DNA of 37,142 nt from a virus, in the IMG/VR virus record IMGVR_UViG_3300038428_000132, positions 1 to 37,142 of that record; one strand, written 5' to 3'. Below, piece by piece: positions 26,405 through 33,493 of the stretch. Both the position numbers and the translations under genes were made by a program. The notes beneath the pieces are model-generated. The model had not been told where the DNA came from. It worked only from the letters and a program-made list of their open reading frames with translations, and did not search any database. The stretch's first letter is position 1, and every line of letters begins with the position of its first letter.

Positions 26405-27121
26405 TTACAACCGACACACGCGACACTTCATTTCATTGAGCGGGTCGCGCCTTGTGTCCTTTGGAATGTCGCCTGCCTCAAATCTCAGCCTCAGTCCCTC
26501 CACAGAAGCGGGCCAGGTATCTCTTCCTGGCGAGCGGAAGCTGTGACCAGTGAGCTTTTCGAGCCGCTCACCTTCAGCCCATCCAAGCGGATTGCGCTTC
26601 CAAAATTCCCACCACTCGATAAGCCTTTGGAAGAAGCAGAGGTCGCAATCCGTTCTCTTGGGGATAGTCACTCCGTGGCGTTGATTGATAGCCAAGACTT
26701 CCCTCAATCCACAACCCAAACGCTTCAAAGGGAAGTCCATAATCACGCCAGGAATGTCAAGGTAATCCCCGCCTTCCCTGTCAGGCTCGTCGGCGCGAAT
26801 CCCGACGTAAGATGTACATTCGCCTTGTTTGGAGAGCCAAGCTGCGTAAGGTTCGATCTTGAGAAGTCGAGTACACCACCTTTGCCACCAGTTCGGGAGA
26901 GCCATCTGTTTTTCAATGAGTCCAACAAGCGTTCCCCCAATTATGGGAAGGAGCGGCTTTCCGAGGATGCGACCAAGGTTAAGCCAGTGCTCAAACATTT
27001 CAGGAGGCTCGTTGCCTGTAGGAGTGCAGACGTATGTGTAATCTCTCGGCTCAACTTCGGCCAAAAGCAGGGCCATTGCTGTGCTGTCCTTCCCTCCACT
27101 AAGAGCTACGACGTGTCGCAT
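26405..27121 (-). CDS. PAPS-reductase-family (PP-loop) protein
   Basis: VVALSGGKDSTAM, RWCTRLLKIEP, VGIRADE, RTDCDLC and C-terminal CRVC. Confidence 0.85.
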   Translation of the reverse strand: MRHVVALSGGKDSTAMALLLAEVEPRDYTYVCTPTGNEPPEMFEHWLNLGRILGKPLLPIIGGTLVGLIEKQMALPNWWQRWCTRLLKIEPYAAWLSKQGECTSYVGIRADEPDREGGDYLDIPGVIMDFPLKRLGCGLREVLAINQRHGVTIPKRTDCDLCFFQRLIEWWEFWKRNPLGWAEGERLEKLTGHSFRSPGRDTWPASVEGLRLRFEAGDIPKDTRRDPLNEMKCRVCRL

Positions 27122-27221
27122 TTTTCCTCTTTTTCGGATTGTTCGTTTTTGCCTTTCGCTTCGGATGATAGGCTAGAACAACGTCTGTTATACGGTCCAA
27201 CACAGGCGGAACTTTTTTCAT
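27099..27221 (-). CDS. 40-aa basic peptide inside the cassette
   Basis: MKKVPPVLDRITDVVLAYHPKRKAKTNNPKKRKNATRRSS; overlaps the PAPS-reductase start. Confidence 0.45.
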   Translation of the reverse strand: MKKVPPVLDRITDVVLAYHPKRKAKTNNPKKRKNATRRSS

Positions 27222-27224
27222 CGC

Positions 27225-27392
27225 TTAACCCTTTGTCGCTTTCTTCGGCTTATTGGCTTTGGCCGACGTGGGACGTTCAACTTCATAGCGAACTTCAAGA
27301 ACAAGTTCGGAGCCATCGCAGTGAGCCAATAACGCTTCGCCACAATGGGGGCAGGAGATATGAAATATTGAGTCCTGAGATTTTTTGTTCAT
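27225..27392 (-). CDS. 55-aa Zn-ribbon-like protein inside the cassette
   Basis: AAGGAG RBS; CPHCG; ATG overlaps the transposase-relic TGA. Confidence 0.5.
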   Translation of the reverse strand: MNKKSQDSIFHISCPHCGEALLAHCDGSELVLEVRYEVERPTSAKANKPKKATKG

Positions 27393-27424
27393 GCGGTCAA
27401 CTCCTTGTAGGTGATTCGCTTGCC
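27389..27424 (-). pseudogene. C-terminal relic of an IS1595-family transposase
   Basis: Reads GKRITYKELTA* about 25 nt inside the TIR; matches the GKRLTYxEL terminus typical of these transposases. Confidence 0.7.
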
Positions 27425-27470
27425 AAATTTCCTTTGTTTTCAACGTGAGGGAGTCATGTATATAAGTCCC

Positions 27471-27478
27471 AATTTTAT
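27471..27478 (+). repeat. Target-site duplication, right copy
   Basis: AATTTTAT abutting the TIR; identical to 26336-26343. Confidence 0.9.
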
Positions 27479-27488
27479 ATACTCCCCC

Positions 27489-27517
27489 AGCTTATCATAC
27501 AACGGAAAAAGAGTCAA
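27489..27517 (-). promoter_or_regulatory. sigma70-type promoter reading into the cassette and Ig genes
   Basis: TTGACT-17 nt-TAAGCT with a TG extension. Confidence 0.65.
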
Positions 27518-27636
27518 TACTTAATTTCACCAAACGCTGAAAAGCTGAAACAAGCGCCCGCGCCGGGTCTGTTTGTTATACCCGCACACAATAAGCAGAT
27601 TCTCCCACCCTTCGGCTCCCCGGAGAAGGAACCCCC

Positions 27637-27945
27637 CTACCAGTGAGAAGGAATGCCCATCATAACAGTCATTTCGTGCAATTTCCTACGGCTGTCTGTT
27701 ATATCAGCTATAAGTTGACAATCTCCCCGTCTAAGGTTGACAAAGCAGTCATCCGGCGTTAGGACAGCGCCGTACTTCGTTTTTTCTGCGCATGGGACCC
27801 ATGGACGTAGGCTGCAACGTCCGGCGTCGCTCTGCGTGGCAGGGATCGCCGGGAAAGGGGCCCCTAAAGTGTTCCTGCTCGATAAACCTCTCAGGTTTAG
27901 TGTGCAGTTCTTGGCTCCGCAGGCGAAGTATACAGCGTTCGACAT
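27637..27945 (-). CDS. Cys-containing hypothetical protein
   Basis: 102 aa; GAGGGGG RBS lies within the hairpin CCCCC-GACTGA-GGGGG. Confidence 0.5.
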   Translation of the reverse strand: MSNAVYFACGAKNCTLNLRGLSSRNTLGAPFPAIPATQSDAGRCSLRPWVPCAEKTKYGAVLTPDDCFVNLRRGDCQLIADITDSRRKLHEMTVMMGIPSHW

Positions 27946-28148
27946 AACCCCCTCAGTCGGGGGATTTTGCGTTAGGGAATATCATGATGTAATTTTTGCT
28001 ATGGATGGGACCCATGTTGGACAACGTTTTTGCTACGTCTTGCGTAGTATGAGTATGGCAGTCCGCCGGGCGGCACTGACCAAAAATGTCATAGGGGTAG
28101 GAATCCCCGCCGGTGGTGCCCCAAAGTGTCACAAAGTAGGGCCCGCCC

Positions 28149-28610
28149 CGACGCCATACGTTGCCAGTGACACAAAGTGTCTAGCCAGCGTAAACGACGC
28201 ATTACGAGGTACTTACAACGTCATGCGTTGCCTTGCGCCGCCGGTGAGCGTAGACATAGAGCGTGTGTAGGCTAAGCGATGGCCACGTCGCCGGACGACG
28301 ACATACGACGCATGACGCCGTTCGACGACGGCGATGCGTGCATCGCTGACGCCAGACGTTGTAAACGCTGTAAAATGATGTAATTACGCTGCTGAATGGA
28401 GCGATGTAGCCCTGCTACGTCTGGCGTTAGGCTAGGAAGTATGACTATGACAAATAATGTCAAGCACGCCCGGCGACGACGCCATACGACGCATTACGTT
28501 GTTCTGACGTGGTTTATGTATGATACTGGCGCTATAGCTACGCCTGACTCCGCATGACGTTGTAAAGGCTGGCTAGCTTGCGTAGAATGGCCGGAGCAAT
28601 CGACGCATGA
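28149..28610. repeat. Cluster of ACGACGCAT(T/G)ACG-type short repeats
   Basis: Copies at 28194-28206, 28305-28317, 28486-28498 and 28601-28610; 15-bp inverted pair at 28213-28227 and 28551-28565. Confidence 0.75.
28416..28467 (-). promoter_or_regulatory. Degenerate third copy of the promoter/leader cassette
   Basis: GTGCTTGACATT identical to 29966-29977; downstream TAGCCT..ACGCCAGACGTA; poor -10. Confidence 0.4.
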
Positions 28611-28824
28611 CTCCGCTCCCCGGCTCTGTCTCTCACTGGAAGACTACGGCTTTTCCGGGGCGGCTGCTCATTGTGCAAACTGGCGGGGAAAGCGATTAGA
28701 AGGGGTCGCCGTGAGGCGTGGAGGGGCCTAGCGTGCGTTGTGCGTCGCCAGACGATGTAGGATAGCCAAAAACAACATGGCTTCCCATTTAGACAGCAGC
28801 GTGAGCCAGATAACTCCAGCAAAA

Positions 28825-29112
28825 CTATATACTTGGCTTCTCATTGGCTGCCTCGGAGGTAATGGTGGCTTGTCTCTCGGTAAAGCCGTCGCCTTCACAG
28901 GCCGGTGTGTCGAAAGGCTTTGCAGTCAATTGTAATTGAACTTTATCGTAAGCTGCCTCAGCCTGAGCCAACGTAGTTACAATGCCCTCCCTAGCCTGTG
29001 TCGCAACAATAGCCCGCACCATAATCTCGCGACGCATAGCCCGCATCATAATCTTGCGACGCAAGGCCGGACTGGACAATATCTCCTTTAGACTGACTAG
29101 TTTATTAGACAT
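28825..29112 (-). CDS. Hypothetical protein
   Basis: 95 aa; AAGGAG RBS. Confidence 0.65.
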   Translation of the reverse strand: MSNKLVSLKEILSSPALRRKIMMRAMRREIMVRAIVATQAREGIVTTLAQAEAAYDKVQLQLTAKPFDTPACEGDGFTERQATITSEAANEKPSI

Positions 29113-29279
29113 TATACTCCTTCAGGTGAGCGATTCCTCACACTGTGCAGAAGACCACACTGGGTGGTTTCACCCTTACTCAGGCAAGGGGCCGAAAATG
29201 GTGAAGGCCCCACCCCCTAGTTAGAATCCAAACGTGCCGCTTTCGGGATAGCTAAACCCCAGCGCGCGGCGGACCTTTG

Positions 29280-29600
29280 TTATCCCTTAGTCATATACTC
29301 TGGGGGCTTACGGGTGAAGTTGTGCCCGTAGCCCCAACCTCTAAAAGAGTCCGTCTTGACGCGCAGCCCATTACCGTGGCCCTTGACTTCTACAACCGTA
29401 GACCATCCATAGCAAGCAGAGACAGTGCAATAAACACGGTCGCCTACCTTCACGGATTGCGGGTCGTTTCGTAGGTCTATATACTCTAGAGAGCCTAATT
29501 CCCGGGGTGCAAGGGGCCGAAAATGGTAAAGGCCCGCTTGTTTGATTCTTTGAACTGTTTCTTTATATTCGATCTGTGTGTTTTTCATCTTTTTCATCAT
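29280..29600 (-). CDS. Hypothetical protein with small beta-barrel-like C-half
   Basis: 106 aa; VKVGDRVYC...STVVEV pattern. Confidence 0.6.
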   Translation of the reverse strand: MMKKMKNTQIEYKETVQRIKQAGLYHFRPLAPRELGSLEYIDLRNDPQSVKVGDRVYCTVSACYGWSTVVEVKGHGNGLRVKTDSFRGWGYGHNFTRKPPEYMTKG

Positions 29601-29944
29601 AGTACCATACTAACCTGCAATCCGACTGCCAAAGTTAGAAGTCTTTCGGTCCCTTAGTTCCGGCCGGCGCAGGAATGCCGGAGTTGACTGAGTTTGCAAT
29701 TGCATAGGCAGGTCAAGCGCCGAACTCAGCCAGATCCTGCTCGTATCCTGTACCGTATCAGTATAGGATAGTGGTAAGTGTATAAAACGACGCATGATGC
29801 TGTCTGACATAGTTAAACCTAGCAGGCACAGTCACTTACGTAGCAAGACAGAGTTAATTCGTTGCTAAACTCAGTCATTACTATGAGTTACAGTCAAAGA
29901 CTTAGTAATACTCTTTGGTCATTACGTTTGGCGTCGTAAAGGCT

Positions 29945-29973
29945 AGTTTACATCAGATTTAATCCAATGTCAA
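29945..29973 (-). promoter_or_regulatory. sigma70-type promoter
   Basis: TTGACA-17 nt-TAAACT with a TG extension; homologous to 22925-22953. Confidence 0.75.
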
Positions 29974-30727
29974 GCACTATTTTTTATCTTAAACAAAACA
30001 AAGCAAATATAGTTATTATACCTAACTCAATAAATAGCATTGGAAACAAAAGGTCACTATTAGAGGCTGTCCTAGCCTCCCATTTCCACAGGATAACCTA
30101 TTGAATTTAAACAGCCGAGAGGCTAGACTAAGTAGGGCAGTAACAGAAAGCGTCTGGCCTACATTGACAATCCCCGGCTCCCGAGCGGGAACATTCCCGG
30201 CTCGCCATGCAAATATATGGACAAATATACCCGAACGGTAACATTCCAGTGAGGGGAAACCCACACACAGGCCGGGGCCTTATGTGATTACGTTCCTGCT
30301 GGCCGACCGGCAAACAATATATTTCTTTCTATATCAACGACTTGCCCATATAATTGCACACATTGGCAGGCGGAATGCAGTAGTAAAGGGTGTTTGAGAA
30401 AGCCAGCGGAAGAAAGCGGAGGAAGAAGCCCTTCAAAGAAAAACGGGGAGCGGAAGCTAGCTAAGGAACGAAATACGAGAAAGCAGCGACCCCCGTGATA
30501 CCTGAACTGAGATAGGGCGAGCAACCAAGGCCAGAAAGAAAAACTCACAGGCAATTGAAAGAGAAAGACGGGAGTGAGAACCCAAAGAACTCGGAAAAAC
30601 AAATACCATGATGGTGCAATCTTCCGTTGGTTAGACTGAACCCCACGACTTGCTGAGTGTATTTCGGAGAGACAACCGAATAGAGTAGGCAAGAGTGGAA
30701 GGGAACAAACGAGGAAGGAACGCTACA

Positions 30728-30879
30728 GGCCATCCTGAGTTACCGCTAAGGAAAAACACCTTAGATGCGTGCATAAAAGAGTTTGGGTGGCCGATATTTC
30801 CAATGTCGGTCGCTCAGAGCATTGGAGCTAGTCAGTCCGGGTGGGACGATGACCACATAACTCCAATGCTGCGAGCGAC
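30728..30879 (+). other. Structured non-coding leader upstream of the ribozyme array
   Basis: GGCCATCC/GGGTGGCC, CTAAGG/CCTTAG, GTCGCTC/GAGCGAC and AGCATTGGAG/CTCCAATGCT stems. Confidence 0.45.
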
Positions 30880-30983
30880 TTACATGACGGTGTGATTATC
30901 TCTGCTTTAGTAGCCGGTACAATTGCAACGGCGGGCGGCTGCAATTCATGGCGTGCGAAACGCTAAGAAGTAACGGAGACTTT

Positions 30984-31178
30984 ATGAAAAACAAACCAGT
31001 TCTTAGTCCAGAAGAAAAGATGCAAATTCAACGACTTAACATGATGCTGCGCAGTAAATTTAGCGCAAAAAATACCATGCGCGAGATTGGAATAGTCAGT
31101 GCTTCCGTTAAGTTGTTGGAAAACGTACAGGCGCGTGAGATCACGCGAACATTGAGCGCAATTCGAACCAATAATTAG
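30984..31178 (+). CDS. Small basic hypothetical protein
   Basis: Start moved to MKNKP (GGAG RBS); 64 aa. Confidence 0.6.
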   Translation: MKNKPVLSPEEKMQIQRLNMMLRSKFSAKNTMREIGIVSASVKLLENVQAREITRTLSAIRTNN

Positions 31179-31208
31179 CTTAGAAATTCCAATCGCGCCT
31201 TTGAACAT

Positions 31209-31267
31209 CGCAGACGGCACCCGCATACTGTGCGGGTCTAATGCGGCTAGCCGGTCCGAAGCCCGGC
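31209..31267 (+). ncRNA. Twister ribozyme 1 (permuted, type-P5-like)
   Basis: CGCA-GA-CGG..P1 ACCCGCA/TGCGGGT..UAA-UGCG-GC-UA-GCCGG-UCCG-AA-GC-CCGG; T1 CGG/CCG; predicted cut 31239/31240. Confidence 0.9.
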
Positions 31268-31291
31268 AATTTAAAACCGCTGAGGTGGCCC

Positions 31292-31615
31292 GTGTATACT
31301 ACAATCAATTTCAAAACGAAAAAGCAACTCAAGGAAGCCGTGAAAAACTGGAACGATCATTTGAAAGCAATCGCCGATCCGGTGTTTGCTCTTACTGTTG
31401 GCCCCGAAGCTGCACTGGCGCGTCCTGTGCGCATCTATCAGCCCGGACCATTTGGTGGCAACGAACCAACTGAAGGCACGACTTGCTTGGAAGGTCCACA
31501 CTATTGGGCAGCCCGGCCGCAACCACCAACGTATAGCGGAACGTATCCTCCTGCGGCGCATACGTGGTATGCGCAGGCCGAATTGAAGAACGGCATCGTG
31601 GTGAAAGTGAGGTAG
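31292..31615 (+). CDS. Small phage protein
   Basis: GTG start after GAGGTG; MYTTINFKTKKQLKEAV...YQPGPFG...LEGPHY...HTWYA. Confidence 0.75.
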   Translation: MYTTINFKTKKQLKEAVKNWNDHLKAIADPVFALTVGPEAALARPVRIYQPGPFGGNEPTEGTTCLEGPHYWAARPQPPTYSGTYPPAAHTWYAQAELKNGIVVKVR

Positions 31616-31686
31616 CCTATGCCCGGCCACGATTGTATCGCGGTCGATTTGGACCCGATGGCACGCTGTTGGAGATTCGGAAATAG

Positions 31687-31767
31687 CGCAGAGTCAAGGC
31701 GGAGTCCGGCATACAAGATGTTGCGGTATGCCCCGCCTTAATGCGGCAGGCCGGTGACAAGCCCGGC
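31687..31767 (+). ncRNA. Twister ribozyme 2
   Basis: P1 AGGCGG/CCGCCT; T1 GUC(A)/(U)GAC; predicted cut 31739/31740. Confidence 0.92.
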
Positions 31768-31787
31768 CACGTATCATAGGGTGATTT

Positions 31788-31913
31788 ATGAAAACAGATA
31801 CAACAAAGGATACATGGAGAACGAAAGCATTTCCCTGCCAGTATCCACGTTTCGATGAAGCAACCCTGAGAGGCGAAATATTTGCAGAGACAGGGAAGAA
31901 ATATACTAAGTAA
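31788..31913 (+). CDS. 41-aa hypothetical protein
   Basis: AGGGTGA RBS; MKTDTTKDTWRTKAFPCQYPRFDEATLRGEIFAETGKKYTK; fills the gap between ribozymes 2 and 3. Confidence 0.55.
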   Translation: MKTDTTKDTWRTKAFPCQYPRFDEATLRGEIFAETGKKYTK

Positions 31914-31924
31914 GTCATAGAGTT

Positions 31925-32010
31925 CGCAGAGTGACGCACCTTAGCCTCTACTACTAGGCGTATAATTCATGGCGGGTGCGATAATGCGGCAAGCCGGTTA
32001 CAAGCCCGGC
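31925..32010 (+). ncRNA. Twister ribozyme 3
   Basis: P1 CGCACC/GGTGCG; T1 GUG(A)/(U)UAC; predicted cut 31982/31983. Confidence 0.9.
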
Positions 32011-32026
32011 TACGCGGAGGTGATAC

Positions 32027-32347
32027 ATGGTTACAAGGATACCAAATAAGTACAAAACTGTGGCAGATGAAGTAATTGCTGCATATACTGAAGAAACACG
32101 TAATCTTCATTTTCGTGCATTTCAAAGTGTGCCGTCCGACGTGGCAGTTAAGATCATGGCAAAGGCTGTCCCGGATGGCTATAACAACTTTACAGCGGAC
32201 TTGTTAGGACGCATCAAAGGCGACGTTTTGCTTGCCCGCGAATACAGTGTGTGTGTTTATGTCGAACCAAACTCTATTGAAGAACACGAGCTTGGGGAAG
32301 ATGAATACAACATAATTGGTGGAAAACTTCGTCTTTGGTGGGATTAG
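32027..32347 (+). CDS. Hypothetical protein
   Basis: 106 aa; GGAGGTGA RBS directly after ribozyme 3. Confidence 0.75.
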   Translation: MVTRIPNKYKTVADEVIAAYTEETRNLHFRAFQSVPSDVAVKIMAKAVPDGYNNFTADLLGRIKGDVLLAREYSVCVYVEPNSIEEHELGEDEYNIIGGKLRLWWD

Positions 32348-32351
32348 CATT

Positions 32352-32433
32352 CGCAGAACACAGTATCTATACACTGGCTAGCGTGTCCTAGTCTATGAGT
32401 GTTGTAATGCGGCAGGCCGGTTGTAAGCCCGGC
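32352..32433 (+). ncRNA. Twister ribozyme 4
   Basis: Long G-U-rich P1 with an inner hairpin; T1 ACA/UGU; predicted cut 32405/32406. Confidence 0.88.
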
Positions 32434-32446
32434 AATTAGGAGGAAC

Positions 32447-33079
32447 ATGACTAAGAAACAAGCTGAAAAGATTGTAGGAAAGATTTACGTTAACAATAAG
32501 TTGCCGTGCGGGTCATACACACTGCCCTGTGATTCCTGCCATGTGGGAAAAACTCTCCGCAGTAATCCTAACTCGCCTTGCGCTCATTGCTATGCAAGGA
32601 AGGGCTATGCAAAAGCTTTTGCAAAAAATGTTGATCCTTTTCGTGCTTTCAAATTGAAAGCACTTCAGCATCCACAATGGCAAGAGGCTATGGTTACAAT
32701 GTTAAAAGGCAAGTCGTACTTTAGATGGCATGATGCAGGCGATCTTCAGAGCGTAGCACATCTACGGCAGATAATTTCTCTTGTTAATGCAACCCCTTGG
32801 TGCCAGCATTGGATGCCCACCAAGGAGTTTAATGTAGTGAGAAAATTTCTTGCTGAGGGTGGAACAATCCCTACTAACCTGACAATCCGGTTGTCAGCTT
32901 ATATCATAGATCATGGTTGCAAGCCAAAGGGCCTTACTCAATTAACAACCTCTACTGTACAGCGTTATTCCGCTCCTATCGGCTTTGCATGTCCGGCTCC
33001 CAATCAAGGTGGACGTTGTGATACATGCCGTGCTTGCTGGTCAAACACAGTTAAGAATGTATCATATTATATCCATTAA
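32447..33079 (+). CDS. GP88-like Cys-rich protein
   Basis: LPCDSC...CAHCYA, FRWHDAGDLQS, HWMPTKE, NLTIRLSA, CPA...CDTCRACW. Confidence 0.75.
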   Translation: MTKKQAEKIVGKIYVNNKLPCGSYTLPCDSCHVGKTLRSNPNSPCAHCYARKGYAKAFAKNVDPFRAFKLKALQHPQWQEAMVTMLKGKSYFRWHDAGDLQSVAHLRQIISLVNATPWCQHWMPTKEFNVVRKFLAEGGTIPTNLTIRLSAYIIDHGCKPKGLTQLTTSTVQRYSAPIGFACPAPNQGGRCDTCRACWSNTVKNVSYYIH

Positions 33080-33138
33080 CGCAGACGGAACCCGCATACT
33101 GTGCGGGTTTAATGCGGCAGGCCGGTTGTAAGCCCGGC
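33080..33138 (+). ncRNA. Twister ribozyme 5 (chimeric, T1 mismatched)
   Basis: 5-prime 39 nt are 37/39 identical to copy 1; P4 part identical to copies 4 and 6; T1 CGG vs UGU cannot pair; begins right after the upstream stop codon. Confidence 0.8.
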
Positions 33139-33161
33139 CACGCTCTTCATGAGAGGGTACA

Positions 33162-33395
33162 ATGAATTATATCATAAACTTTTTGGACTGGCTTCACGAG
33201 ACTTTCCCAATCGAGAATACAATCATAACATTCTTAGACTGGGTACAAACATGGTTGTGGCGCTATCATCATCATTTGTTTACAACCAATGATTTTTTTA
33301 ATGACTGTATTACAGTTCAAGGATGGCTAACAGTATTAGTTGTAGGTTTATCATTCTATGAATTGTACATCGTCTTTTTAAAACCTCGCAAGTAA
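33162..33395 (+). CDS. Small membrane protein
   Basis: 77 aa; GAGAGGG RBS; hydrophobic C-terminal segment. Confidence 0.6.
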   Translation: MNYIINFLDWLHETFPIENTIITFLDWVQTWLWRYHHHLFTTNDFFNDCITVQGWLTVLVVGLSFYELYIVFLKPRK

Positions 33396-33476
33396 CGCAG
33401 AACACAGCATTCATACACCGGCTAGCGTGTCCTAGTCTATGAGTGTTGTAATGCGGCAGGCCGGTTGTAAGCCCGG
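33396..33476 (+). ncRNA. Twister ribozyme 6
   Basis: P1 CAGCATTCATA/TATGAGTGTTG; T1 ACA/UGU; 77/81 nt identical to copy 4; predicted cut 33449/33450. Confidence 0.9.
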
Positions 33477-33493
33477 TCCCGCGAGGAGGCATC

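Larger units (their letters stand above)
26344..27470 (-). mobile_element. Non-autonomous IS1595-derived cassette with cargo genes
   Basis: Perfect 22-bp TIRs (26344-26365, 27449-27470); 8-bp direct repeat AATTTTAT on both flanks; transposase C-terminal relic GKRITYKELTA*. Confidence 0.88.

Noticed and set aside
26186-27448. 420-aa plus-strand ORF spanning the cassette as a possible transposase
   Set aside because: No DDE, HUH or Zn-ribbon motifs; crosses the TIR and target duplication; antisense to genes with clear motifs.
30380-30720. Purine-rich plus-strand tract and its 134-aa minus-strand ORF (30288-30692)
   Set aside because: Plus frames carry several stops; the minus ORF is a low-complexity F/L/S product of the skew. 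At most a decayed gene.
30905-30965. Seventh twister (TAGCCGGTACAA)
   Set aside because: Lacks UAA-P2-GC upstream and AAGC-CCGG downstream.
31209-33476. CRISPR array reading of the recurring TAATGCGGC..GCCGG..AAGCCCGG repeat
   Set aside because: Intervening sequences are 150-650 nt, contain RBS-bearing ORFs and vary widely; no cas genes; the repeat fits the twister fold with covariation.
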